Part shown: positions 10,278 to 19,309 of the stretch, in pieces | Numbering within the stretch: the stretch's first letter is position 1 | How the letters are laid out: each line of letters opens with the position of its first letter | Assembly: GCA_017992295.1 (NCBI GenBank) | Contig: JAGOOV010000001.1 | Location: 1 to 62,747, forward strand | Origin: Candidatus Saccharimonadota bacterium | GTDB lineage: Bacteria; Patescibacteriota; Saccharimonadia; Saccharimonadales; CAIOMD01 | Direction of reading: 5' to 3' | Length of the DNA stretch: 62,747 nucleotides | Notes under the pieces: generated by a model | Databases searched by the model: none | Seen by the model: only the letters and a program-made list of their open reading frames with translations | What the model was told of the DNA's origin: nothing | Made by a program: the position numbers and the translations under genes

Positions 10278-11237
10278 GTGAAGTACATTTTTAATCTTTC
10301 TAAAAAGCCTTTTTTTGCATTGGCACCGATGGATGATGTAACGGATACGGTTTTTCGTCAGATTATCATCAGTTGTGCTAGGCCGGATTTATTTTTTACC
10401 GAGTTCGTGAATGTTGATGGCCTGCAGAGCCCTGGCCGCCCCAGGTTAATGCATAAATTGGAGTTTACCGCTAAAGAAAAGCCGATATTTGCTCAAATTT
10501 GGGGTAAAAACCCTGAAAACTTCTATAAAACAGCCAAGCAGCTAATAGAAATGGGCTTTGATGGGATTGATATTAACATGGGGTGCCCCGATAAGAGTGT
10601 AGTAAAAAATGGTTGCTGCTCGGCGTTAATAAATAACCGAGAACTAGCAGGAGACATAATTAACGCCGTCAAGAAAGCCGTCAACAAGCAAGTTCCGGTT
10701 TCAGTAAAAATACGCACCGGTTTTAAAGAGGTAGATTTTAGTTGGCCGGAATTTGTGCTGAGGCAAGGAATAGACATATTAACAGTGCATGGTCGCACTA
10801 CTTACGAACTAAGTAAAGTGCCAGCTCGCTGGCAAGATATTGGTAAAATACGAGAAATTCGTGATTGCTTAGCCCGCCGGGTGCTTATAGTGGGCAACGG
10901 CGACGTCTACAGTCGCCAGCAAGGTGAAGAACTGGCAAAAAAATATAATCTAGACGGTATTATGGTCGGCCGCGGTATTTTTAACAATCCCTTTATTTTT
11001 GCTAAAGAATCTAAATGGGGTAGTCTGAAACCTGACAAAAAAATAAAACTTTACATTAAGCATATTAAATTATTTGAATCAACCTGGCGGTTAAATGACA
11101 AACAGAATTTTGAAGGCTTAAAAAAGTTTGCCAAGATGTATATTAGTGGCTTCGAGGGTGCGAGTGTATTGCGCAGTCGGTTTGTTCGCCAGCCAACATT
11201 AGAAAAGATGATAAGCGTTTTGGAAACCTTTAGTTAA
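10278..11237 (+). CDS. dus: tRNA-dihydrouridine synthase
   Basis: LAPMDDVTDTVFRQ, DINMGCP and HGRT motifs of the Dus TIM barrel. Confidence 0.85.
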   Translation: MKYIFNLSKKPFFALAPMDDVTDTVFRQIIISCARPDLFFTEFVNVDGLQSPGRPRLMHKLEFTAKEKPIFAQIWGKNPENFYKTAKQLIEMGFDGIDINMGCPDKSVVKNGCCSALINNRELAGDIINAVKKAVNKQVPVSVKIRTGFKEVDFSWPEFVLRQGIDILTVHGRTTYELSKVPARWQDIGKIREIRDCLARRVLIVGNGDVYSRQQGEELAKKYNLDGIMVGRGIFNNPFIFAKESKWGSLKPDKKIKLYIKHIKLFESTWRLNDKQNFEGLKKFAKMYISGFEGASVLRSRFVRQPTLEKMISVLETFS

Positions 11238-11550
11238 AACGATTTTTATCGCGAAGCATAACTTTACTGATACTTTTTTCTATAGCTCTATCTAGATTGA
11301 TATTATTCGCGTTGGCGTAACAAATTAAGGTGTAAATAATGTCTCCTATTTCTTCTTCAACATTTTGCTCTTTTTCGTCAGCTTTTTTCTTTTTTGGGCC
11401 ATAGAGGTGGTTAACTAACCTAGCCAACTCGCCTACTTCTTCGATGAGGCGGGCCAGTATTTCGTGTTGATTCCAGTAAGGCCAACCGGTTTTCTTAAAC
11501 CAGTTATCGAGCTCTTTTTGATACTTTTCCATACGGAAATGATATACCAA
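11230..11550 (-). CDS. MazG-like nucleotide pyrophosphohydrolase
   Basis: EEVGELARLV ... EEEIGDIIYTL metal-binding helix pair typical of the MazG/all-alpha NTP-PPase fold. Confidence 0.7.
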   Translation of the reverse strand: MVYHFRMEKYQKELDNWFKKTGWPYWNQHEILARLIEEVGELARLVNHLYGPKKKKADEKEQNVEEEIGDIIYTLICYANANNINLDRAIEKSISKVMLRDKNRFN

Positions 11551-11598
11551 GTCTATTGATTAAAATAGTAAATGAGGATACAATTATCATTGCTTTAT

Positions 11599-11673
11599 TG
11601 CGGGGTAGAGCAGTGGCAGCTCGTGTGGCTCATAACCACAAGGTCGCAGGTTCGAGTCCTGCCCCCGCGACCA
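11599..11673 (+). tRNA. tRNA-Met (CAU), initiator-like
   Basis: Cloverleaf folded by hand and nearly collinear with bacterial tRNA-fMet (xGCGGGG...CCCCGCxACCA). It has the initiator-type A11:U24 pair, a weak U1.G72 pair, anticodon loop CUCAUAA and an encoded CCA. Confidence 0.85.
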
Positions 11674-11686
11674 AGATAACACAAAT

Positions 11687-11709
11687 CCGCCCACCAGTGG
11701 CGGTTTTTT
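11687..11709 (+). terminator. rho-independent terminator after tRNA
   Basis: Stem CCGCC / GGCGG followed by TTTTTT. Confidence 0.55.
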
Positions 11710-11794
11710 AATTACTTGCTGTCTTCAGAAAAAACCTGGTTCTACGAGTGACAGCTTCAGTTGGCGCAGTTGCCGGTGTGTAAAGGTTTGAGCC

Positions 11795-11808
11795 TGCAAG
11801 TACTTGCA
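11795..11808. repeat. perfect 14-bp palindrome TGCAAGTACTTGCA
   Basis: Read directly. It lies in a comparatively GC-rich non-coding stretch and is followed by tandem CCGATAA x2 (11809-11822). Confidence 0.9.
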
Positions 11809-11908
11809 CCGATAACCGATAAACGAGAGCCATGTCGCGTTCTGTCTCCGCAACCATTTTATCTATTCTTAAAAAGCTGAGGGTCATTTTTGTTATAATT
11901 TGAACCAA

Positions 11909-12487
11909 ATGAACCCAATAACCTCTTTGATGCTAATACCGCTAGTTAGCGTCTTGATGCTAATACCGCTAGCAATACCGCTAGTATTCTACATCTACTT
12001 ACGTTTGATAATTAATTTTAATAAAACCTATAAAAAAAATTGGAAAGTAACAGAAAATAAACAATATGAGCCCCAATACCAAAAATATTTAAATAACATC
12101 AAAACTACTTGGGTCTTAATGGTTGTTAGCTCAATCATTCTGTTTATTGTGGCTAATTATGTCGCTTCAAAGGATACGTCAGGAGGTGCTCCTGCTGGAT
12201 TTATGATACTTTTCTTTGGTGGGCTTGCAATTACTTATGTGTTGGGCTTCTTGATTATTGCTTCAAATATATCTGTACCTTTGGGAAAGTTAAAGGAATC
12301 CCTTAGCTTATATCCATCAAATGAACAAATCTATCTAAACACATTAGCTCGGTTTTCATTGCCAATAAAACTGCATCTGGCTATTTCATCCATTATTCTA
12401 TTTGCCGGCTTTATTGGACCACTTGCGATACCACTAATTTCCTTTGGCCGGGACGAAATTAAAGTCTTAATTATCGAAAAAAGATAG
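11909..12487 (+). CDS. hypothetical multipass membrane protein
   Basis: ATG at 11909 (the ORF track starts at TTG 11900). TGTTATAAT at 11891-11899 leaves almost no leader, so the mRNA is possibly leaderless. About 4-5 TM helices. Confidence 0.5.
   Translation: MNPITSLMLIPLVSVLMLIPLAIPLVFYIYLRLIINFNKTYKKNWKVTENKQYEPQYQKYLNNIKTTWVLMVVSSIILFIVANYVASKDTSGGAPAGFMILFFGGLAITYVLGFLIIASNISVPLGKLKESLSLYPSNEQIYLNTLARFSLPIKLHLAISSIILFAGFIGPLAIPLISFGRDEIKVLIIEKR
11927..11984 (+). repeat. direct repeat inside CDS (19-mer x2 plus partial third copy)
   Basis: TTGATGCTAATACCGCTAG occurs at 11927-11945 and 11954-11972, with a partial AATACCGCTAG at 11974-11984. It encodes the LMLIPL / LMLIPL / IPL repeat. 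Confidence 0.9.
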
Positions 12488-12501
12488 GCGATAGGTCCAA
12501 C

Positions 12502-12882
12502 GTGACTACCTATAAAGATTATCCAACCTTCAAAAAAGATTTGACAAATTATATTTTAAATAAAGACATAAGGGGAATTTCAAGGATGTATTCTACGACT
12601 GTTAGCAAAAAGGAGGTGGCTAAGAGCATTTCCAGCTTCACATTATCAACTAACCAATACACTGATTTCAATAACATTTTAAGTGTAAACACTGTTTGTA
12701 GTGTTGATAATAAGGGCAATGAATATTATGGTTTTTTTATTAATGATTCATCCGCTGAAGCAGATATCGTTTATGACAGAGATAGCAAAACCTATAGTAT
12801 TATACCCACCGATTCTAGGGTAATGAGAAGTCTTCAAATGAGAGATGAATTTGTTAATAACTGTTCTTTAGACAGGCAATAG
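12502..12882 (+). CDS. hypothetical protein
   Basis: ORF only (GTG start); AT-rich. Confidence 0.4.
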   Translation: MTTYKDYPTFKKDLTNYILNKDIRGISRMYSTTVSKKEVAKSISSFTLSTNQYTDFNNILSVNTVCSVDNKGNEYYGFFINDSSAEADIVYDRDSKTYSIIPTDSRVMRSLQMRDEFVNNCSLDRQ

Positions 12883-13057
12883 TCATTACGAAAATAGCTT
12901 GCTTGAGTCAGAATGATTAATAACTATTAACGAAAGATTTTCTTACAGAAAATTCTACCTAGGCCTTGTCTCAACTTCAAAGTACAGGGGTAACCTATTC
13001 GTTAGTAGTTTAATTTTCATTACATTTTCTCAATAAGACTTGTGATATATTAAAAAC

Positions 13058-13618
13058 GTGATAAAGGCTATATTTTTCGATTTTTACGGCGTAATCAAAG
13101 CGGACGATTACGCTGAATGGCTTAAGTCACATAACCTAAAGAAAGAAGGAATATTTTTAGATATTTCGAGACAACAAGACAAAGGACAAATTAGTCATTT
13201 AGAATTTTTACGCAAGCTAAGCAAATTGACCGGTCTAGAAATTAACGACGAAAACTACCTTCAGAAAAATAGTATAAACTCCGAACTCATCAACTTAATC
13301 AAAACGCTAAAACCGAAGTACAAAATATACGTACAATCTAACTCTCCCAAAGGCACGGTTAAGTCGATTATTCTTGACCACAAACTAAGTGATTATTTTG
13401 ACGGAATTATTATTTCGAGCGAAATAGGAATGATTAAACCACAGCGGGGTTTTTACCAATACATTTTAAATTATTGTCATGCATCCAAACCTGAAATTTT
13501 ATTTGTTGACGACAACCCGTTTTATATTGCAGGCGCCAAAAAATTTGGTATAAAAAGCATCCATTTTAAGAGTAACAAGCAACTGGTAGAAGATTTAAAG
13601 AAAATAAACGTTTTGTAA
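13058..13618 (+). CDS. HAD-superfamily hydrolase (subfamily IA-like)
   Basis: Motif I FFDFYGVI, motif II SNS, motif IV VDDN. Note DxYG rather than DxDG. Confidence 0.7.
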   Translation: MIKAIFFDFYGVIKADDYAEWLKSHNLKKEGIFLDISRQQDKGQISHLEFLRKLSKLTGLEINDENYLQKNSINSELINLIKTLKPKYKIYVQSNSPKGTVKSIILDHKLSDYFDGIIISSEIGMIKPQRGFYQYILNYCHASKPEILFVDDNPFYIAGAKKFGIKSIHFKSNKQLVEDLKKINVL

Positions 13619-13742
13619 CACATACCCAACTTTGCGAAATAAGAAATTTATTAAGTTCATTTTCTTTGTGACGATTCTAATAACGTCAGCTAATAAGCAT
13701 CGCATATTCTATAGTTGTATTATAGCGGTATTGAATTGGTAA

Positions 13743-14357
13743 TTATTTCGTGCTCATCAAGCCAATTTTCTTAACGAGACTGTCTACGTTGGGGCTTACT
13801 TTGCCCTGACAAATACTTTTATAAATGTAGTATACGTGACCGCCAACATTCAGGTTGGTGTCTAATGTGACAGACTCCTCATCATTGTTATGATAGTCGT
13901 ACTGTTGGTCTTTATATAGGTACACTCCTTGGACATCTCCTCTGGCGCAGCCCACATTTTTAGCTAGTCCGTTAGTATTGTCGGTTATAAACACAGATAC
14001 TAAATTATCTTCGCTGTCGGTAACAGACCACCGATAACCCATGTAGTGATTATTGGTAGGAATTTTAACGCCCCACTCGGTAATGCTCAAATAATTATCA
14101 TATTTTTGGGGAGGCGCAGTAGTTGCTGGCTCGGCGGTCGTTTTTGCTGATTTAGCTGGGCGAGGGATGACATTAGAACTTGTTTTTCTCTTCAGTTTTG
14201 GAGTGTCTTGATTTGTTTTAATAGCCGAGTTGTAACTCTTGTTAGATTTTTTATTAACGTCATAAACATACCAGCCTATGGCGCCAACCATAGCCACTAT
14301 TATTAGAATTAATAATATGTGTAAGCCTGCTACTCCATTTTGATTATGCTTTTTCAT
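13743..14357 (-). CDS. hypothetical membrane-anchored extracytoplasmic protein
   Basis: N-terminal TM helix (LHILLILIIVAMVGAIGWYVY), a basic/Pro-rich linker, then a globular C-terminus. Confidence 0.5.
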   Translation of the reverse strand: MKKHNQNGVAGLHILLILIIVAMVGAIGWYVYDVNKKSNKSYNSAIKTNQDTPKLKRKTSSNVIPRPAKSAKTTAEPATTAPPQKYDNYLSITEWGVKIPTNNHYMGYRWSVTDSEDNLVSVFITDNTNGLAKNVGCARGDVQGVYLYKDQQYDYHNNDEESVTLDTNLNVGGHVYYIYKSICQGKVSPNVDSLVKKIGLMSTK

Positions 14358-14693
14358 AGATATAGAATATATCGAAAACTCTAATTTTCACAGCAAATTT
14401 ATCGTCGGTAATCTAATAAAAAACGATATCACTGGTAAGCGAATTATGTCGTATATAAACCACATTTGCTTCATTAATGAATATTGATTAAAAAAATTCT
14501 CTTAATTAAAAACAATAGAAGTTACTACAGACATAAAAACCTAAATTAATAAATTTTCATTTGATTATAATGTCATACTGCCATCGACTACCGACGCATT
14601 TTAATTTCCTTATAAAGGGTAGGCAACATGTTGATAGTAGTACTATTGTTATATAAACTAGACAAAACAACAAAAATATGATAATATGTAATT

Positions 14694-15230
14694 ATGGAAT
14701 ACGAAAATAAAAATAAAAATACAGACTCTATAGCTGAACAACGAGCGGAAGTTGAACGGAGGCTTGGTGTGTCTGTGGAGGAAGTTTTTGAAAGAAATAG
14801 GCAACATGTGGCGAAAGGCGAAAATAATGATAGTGAATTGTTACACCTCTATTTGCCTAGAGAGGAGCAGAGTCCGGCAGATATATTGCTAAGAAGGCAA
14901 GTCGATGAGAACGGCCACCAGGTTATAACTGTGTCATATTCCGGAGAAGGTGTATTTGACAACCATTTTATTTACGACACTGGGAATCCATTAGGCCAAC
15001 AATTTTTATCCGCTAGGTTAGATGAGCATAGCGGGCAGATTATACCGAGGGAAAAGCCGGCTGTAACCGAACAGAATACAACCTCTTTTGATTATACGGC
15101 TGATAACGAATTAGTGTTTTGGGGGAACGTATGGTTGGGAAATTTTGAAAATGCTGTGGCTGAGAAACCCCCATCTAAAGGATTGAGAAGGTTGCTAGGT
15201 AAGCTTAGTATCGGTCGAGCTGGGAGTTAG
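14694..15230 (+). CDS. hypothetical protein
   Basis: ORF only. It is preceded by a 336-nt very AT-rich divergent intergenic region. Confidence 0.4.
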   Translation: MEYENKNKNTDSIAEQRAEVERRLGVSVEEVFERNRQHVAKGENNDSELLHLYLPREEQSPADILLRRQVDENGHQVITVSYSGEGVFDNHFIYDTGNPLGQQFLSARLDEHSGQIIPREKPAVTEQNTTSFDYTADNELVFWGNVWLGNFENAVAEKPPSKGLRRLLGKLSIGRAGS

Positions 15231-15670
15231 TCTGTTTCGATTTGTTGTTTGTGGGTAAAAAAATTAATCCAAGCTTGCCAGTTTTTTATGTATTGAGGAC
15301 GATCTTTTTTGTTGTCTTTTTCTTGCTGGTCGGCTGCTGGGGGGTGTGTGTACTTAGCGGCAACATCTTTGGGTACCAAAATTAGCTTCTCATCCGGACT
15401 GGCCTTGCTGAAGTATCTCCTGGCTGCCAGTTCTAAAAAGGCATCAGTTTTATAATACTCATTCTTAAGTCTTTGGTTTTTTGTTTGTTGTTCCAGAACA
15501 TCTACCTCTTGCTGTATAACGGTAATACGCTTCTGTAACTGATAATTTTTATCAATGATTTTAATACTTGTCCAGGTAACGGCAAGGGCAATTATCGCTA
15601 ATATATAAAGGATTGCGCTTCGAGCGTCGAAATAAGTTTTGAGATACTGGCTAATTTTTATTTTTGGCAT
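15227..15670 (-). CDS. septum formation initiator family protein (FtsB/DivIC-like)
   Basis: N-terminal TM helix followed by a coiled coil (LQKRITVIQQEVDVLEQQTKNQRLKNEYYKTDAFLELAARR). Confidence 0.65.
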   Translation of the reverse strand: MPKIKISQYLKTYFDARSAILYILAIIALAVTWTSIKIIDKNYQLQKRITVIQQEVDVLEQQTKNQRLKNEYYKTDAFLELAARRYFSKASPDEKLILVPKDVAAKYTHPPAADQQEKDNKKDRPQYIKNWQAWINFFTHKQQIETD

Positions 15671-15772
15671 AGGTTCCTAACGGCTATAATGTCATTATAA
15701 CCTACTAGTAAAGATTACCCCTGTTTTGCTATACTATGTAGCTGTTGGCCACTTAAAGATTAAGCCTAATTT

Positions 15773-15848
<76 letters not shown>

Positions 15849-15891
15849 AATTTTGACTATCTGGAAAGGCTTAGTTTAACGGAGTATTTTA

Positions 15892-16458
15892 ATGTCTAAA
15901 GTAATTTTGGCAGTATGTGGTGAAATGGCTTGTGGCAAGGGTGTGGTCACAGGGTACCTGGTTGATACTTACCAAGCTTCTAAATACAAGTTTTCGATAC
16001 CGCTAAGGGATGTTCTAAATCGTCTTCATGTAGCTGTAACGCGAGAATCCTTGGCATCTTTATCCCTGTCGTTACGCCAAACCTTTGGCGAGCAAGTGCT
16101 GTCCGATGCCATATGTCAAGACATAAGCGAGGATGCAAACAATGTAGTTGTTTTAGACGGCGTTAGACGGTTGGCAGATATCAAGCGAATCAAAACCTTA
16201 GAAGGTTTTAAATTAGCGTACGTAAATGCTGACATCGAGACTCGTTACCGAAGATTGGTGTCTCGAGGCGAGAATGACGGAGATGAAACTAAGTCGTTTG
16301 AACAATTTAAGGCCGACAGTTTGTTGGAGTCAGAATTACAAATAAAGCAATTAAAAAAGTATGCTGATTTTGTGTTGGAAAACAACGATACAAAAGAACA
16401 ACTTTACGAACAGATAGACAATATGATGCAACAAATAAACAAAAACCCTAAAAAATAG
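15892..16458 (+). CDS. P-loop nucleotide/nucleoside-monophosphate kinase-like protein
   Basis: N-terminal P-loop CGEMACGKG and a size and layout like dNMP/dephospho-CoA kinase-type proteins. The substrate is unknown. Confidence 0.5.
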   Translation: MSKVILAVCGEMACGKGVVTGYLVDTYQASKYKFSIPLRDVLNRLHVAVTRESLASLSLSLRQTFGEQVLSDAICQDISEDANNVVVLDGVRRLADIKRIKTLEGFKLAYVNADIETRYRRLVSRGENDGDETKSFEQFKADSLLESELQIKQLKKYADFVLENNDTKEQLYEQIDNMMQQINKNPKK

Positions 16459-16470
16459 GGTTTTTGTTTA
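16441..16470. terminator. bidirectional terminator
   Basis: Stem AAAAACCCT / AGGGTTTTT between convergent genes. The upstream stop codon sits in the loop. Confidence 0.7.
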
Positions 16471-16493
16471 TAGTGAGTCACTTATAGCGACTA

Positions 16494-16808
16494 CTACCAA
16501 TTTTTTTGTCTAAACGGACCTGTATTTTGACGCTTGTCAGAATTGTAGCGAGGACGGTCTTCTTTTGGACGGGCTTCGCTGACAGCGATAGCTCTACCGT
16601 CAAGCTCCTTACCATTCATGGCGTCAATAGCGGCTTTTCCTTCTGCTTGGTCTTCGAACTCGACAAAGCCAAAACCTTTGCTCCGTCCGCTGTCACGGTC
16701 TTTTACCACCGTGGCGTTAACTATTTTGCCAAAAGGCTTAAAAGCCTCTTCCAGTGCAACGTCATCGACGCCCCACGACAGGCTACCAATAAATAACTTA
16801 TATGACAT
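16494..16808 (-). CDS. RNA-binding protein (RRM domain)
   Basis: RNP-2 LFIGSL and RNP-1 KGFGFVEF, with an Arg/Pro-rich tail. Confidence 0.85.
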   Translation of the reverse strand: MSYKLFIGSLSWGVDDVALEEAFKPFGKIVNATVVKDRDSGRSKGFGFVEFEDQAEGKAAIDAMNGKELDGRAIAVSEARPKEDRPRYNSDKRQNTGPFRQKNW

Positions 16809-16951
16809 TTACTTAACCTTATTTTCTATAAACTATGCAAGTACGACCAAAGTTGTCCTTGCAGTTTAAGATCCAAATAGTCTCTAAAAAGAAGTGACAA
16901 TATCTTGCTTACCAACAGTAAATCACATTTTTAAAAAGAAATACAGATAAT

Positions 16952-18337
16952 TTAGCAACAGTGAATTTTTGAAGCCGCCACTTTAATAGCCTCGCTCCAA
17001 GTTGGAGTTGCATGAACGGTTTTGGTAATTGCGCACGCATGTAGGCGATGTTGTATGGCTAAGCTTAATTCTCCTATCATCTCGCTGGCATATGGTGCGA
17101 CTATGCTTGCTCCCAGTAAAACACCGTTATTAGTAGCTAATAGTTTAACAAAGCCACTGCTGTAGTTACTGGTAATAGATTTGCCAACAATATAAATGGG
17201 CGCAATGGCCGACTGGTAAATTACGCCAGTTTTTACGAGCTGATGTTCGCTGTAGCCGGTCATGGCAAGCTCCGGTGTTCCGTATACTACTCGTGGGATA
17301 GCTCTATAGTCCATCTTTAACTTTTTTCTAGCGTATAAATTATGGGCAACTATAGAAGCCTGTTGTATAGCCCCGTGGGCAGAACTGACCAAGCCAGTTA
17401 CTTCGCCGGCGGCATAGATGTGTTTTTGGCTTGTCTGCAAATGGCTATTGATACCGATTCCGTTTGCCGAATATTTTACTTTGGCGTTGATTAAGCCGAG
17501 GTCTGTATTGGCTATTTTGCCACAAGCCACCATAACTTCTTCGGTATTTATTTTGAGGTGCCTTCCTTTTTGTTCTAAATTGATGATTTTTCGGCCTTGA
17601 TTGCCACTTACGGAAGTTACATTGGTTGACGTATAAACCTGAACCCCCATTTCTGTCAAAACAGCTTCTGCGCTGTCGCCAACTTCAGGGTCTTCTTTAG
17701 GCAATAGATGGTCTTTTTGTTCGGCTATGTATACTCTAGAGCCAAACTCGGCAAATATTTGAGCAAATTCGTATGATACCGAACCGCCACCGATAATGAA
17801 CAAGCTTTTTGGTGGTTTCGGCAAATCAACTGCCTGACGGTAGGTTATATAACCAGCGTCCGCTATTCCGGGAATTTGTGGTACATAAGGCAAGGTCCCA
17901 GATGATATTAAAAACTTTTGAGAAGATAAATGCTTAACCCCGACGCTAATTGTCCAGGGGTTTATAAAATGAGCCCGGCCGCGTATAACGGTAATATTGC
18001 TATTTTTAAAGACATCGACTTCTTTATTAAAGCCCGTGGAATTAATAGCTTTTTCTTTAAAGGCTTGTACCGATCTGTAATTAAAACTGATTGCACTGGC
18101 TCTAATGCCAAACTGGTGGGATTTTTGTATAACGTTTAATGTTTTGGCAGCCTCTAGTAATGCTTTAGTTGGGATAACTCCAAATCGCGGGCTATCTCCT
18201 CCTAATTCCCCCGACTCAACTATGCATACTTTTTTACCAGCTTGAGCGGCGTGTTGAGCAGCCACCGAGCCGGCGGCACCGCTTCCGATAACAATTAAGT
18301 CGTAGTTTGTTCGGCTTGGCTTTTTGCGATTGTTCAT
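16952..18337 (-). CDS. FAD/NAD(P)-dependent pyridine nucleotide-disulfide oxidoreductase homolog lacking the CxxxxC centre
   Basis: FAD motif VIGSGAAGS, NAD motif IIGGGSVSYE, interface motif HATPTWSE. The redox-disulfide position reads GGDSPRFGVIPTK. The C-terminus is ...KIHCC. Confidence 0.75.
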   Translation of the reverse strand: MNNRKKPSRTNYDLIVIGSGAAGSVAAQHAAQAGKKVCIVESGELGGDSPRFGVIPTKALLEAAKTLNVIQKSHQFGIRASAISFNYRSVQAFKEKAINSTGFNKEVDVFKNSNITVIRGRAHFINPWTISVGVKHLSSQKFLISSGTLPYVPQIPGIADAGYITYRQAVDLPKPPKSLFIIGGGSVSYEFAQIFAEFGSRVYIAEQKDHLLPKEDPEVGDSAEAVLTEMGVQVYTSTNVTSVSGNQGRKIINLEQKGRHLKINTEEVMVACGKIANTDLGLINAKVKYSANGIGINSHLQTSQKHIYAAGEVTGLVSSAHGAIQQASIVAHNLYARKKLKMDYRAIPRVVYGTPELAMTGYSEHQLVKTGVIYQSAIAPIYIVGKSITSNYSSGFVKLLATNNGVLLGASIVAPYASEMIGELSLAIQHRLHACAITKTVHATPTWSEAIKVAASKIHCC

Positions 18338-18351
18338 ACGTTTATTTTACG

Positions 18352-18618
18352 TTAAATTATGCGATGATGCAGGTATAAATACCCAGCGTGTCCATTAATT
18401 TTGCGTAAATGTTTGCCAGCTTCTTCCCTGATATCCTTGGTTGTGACCTCGCTTTTAGTATTGATCCATGACTCGACTTGTTTTACCACTTCATCGGCAA
18501 ATTTTATTGATTGTGCCTCAGAATCTTGTACACTCAGACAAGCCGTGTAAATACTCTTGTGTAATTTTTGCTTGTCGAATGCCTGCCGTTGGCCGTTCAG
18601 TTTTATAACGCTCTTCAT
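18352..18618 (-). CDS. stand-alone ATP-cone domain protein
   Basis: VIKLNGQRQAFDKQKLHKSI...TKDIREEAGKHL matches the ATP-cone pattern. There is no NrdR zinc ribbon. The start is taken at the internal ATG, 1 nt after the upstream stop. Confidence 0.65.
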   Translation of the reverse strand: MKSVIKLNGQRQAFDKQKLHKSIYTACLSVQDSEAQSIKFADEVVKQVESWINTKSEVTTKDIREEAGKHLRKINGHAGYLYLHHRII

Positions 18619-18619
18619 G

Positions 18620-19309
18620 CTAAAATACTCCATTTAGCGCTAAATAAGTAAACCAACCCAGTAATATTGCCAACAATCCTAAACTAAGCTCGAGTGTCTT
18701 TTTTTTGTCGTCTCTCCATTTTGCAATGACGCTAATCTTTAGACCACGGTGCACCAGCCAGTAAAAGGTTAACAGTGGTACCGTCAAAGCCAAGCTGAAC
18801 AGAAACAACCAAACGAGTTCACCGGGCCTTAAAAGAACTATGATGGCCGCTAAACTGCTCAAGATGACTACAGTGTTAATTATAGTTGCTAATGATGTCT
18901 CTGCAGCCAGTATTACCGAAGAACTAAAAGAAGTTTTTTTAACCGAATGTTGGTGCAACAAACGTTTAACAAACCTTGGTACTTTAGTTAGGGATGGTTT
19001 AAAGAAATAATTTTTTGTCCTTACTAGTCCCCACACAATAGATGTTGTGGCCAACATCAAAGCGGTGAAAAACAGTATATTTTCGGGAAGATAGCTGAAC
19101 AAACCTAAAAATAATAGCCCAAGCAAGAAAACCACTCCAATATGGGATAACAAATAAATTAAAACTGTTGTCATTTGTTTGTTTTTGGTAAACTTCCGAC
19201 TTTTAGCGCCTATTATTATCGAAATAAACACCGAGATTACTAAAGGCTCTAAACCAGCCAGCAGGCCGGCGACTATAAGCAAAATGGCGAAAAAATGGTT
19301 ACTCATCAC
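18620..19309 (-). CDS. hypothetical multipass membrane protein
   Basis: About 6 TM helices. The start overlaps the stop of the upstream 81-aa ORF. Confidence 0.5.
   Translation of the reverse strand: MMSNHFFAILLIVAGLLAGLEPLVISVFISIIIGAKSRKFTKNKQMTTVLIYLLSHIGVVFLLGLLFLGLFSYLPENILFFTALMLATTSIVWGLVRTKNYFFKPSLTKVPRFVKRLLHQHSVKKTSFSSSVILAAETSLATIINTVVILSSLAAIIVLLRPGELVWLFLFSLALTVPLLTFYWLVHRGLKISVIAKWRDDKKKTLELSLGLLAILLGWFTYLALNGVF

Noticed and set aside
11708-11908. 66-aa minus-strand ORF in the structured spacer.
   Set aside because: It has no SD and would start inside the neighbouring gene's start region. The region is better described as non-coding or structured; see the corresponding finding.
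16506-16869. Two plus-strand ORFs (96 and 83 aa) opposite the RRM protein gene.
   Set aside because: They are shadow frames of a well-supported RRM gene carrying canonical RNP-1 and RNP-2 motifs.
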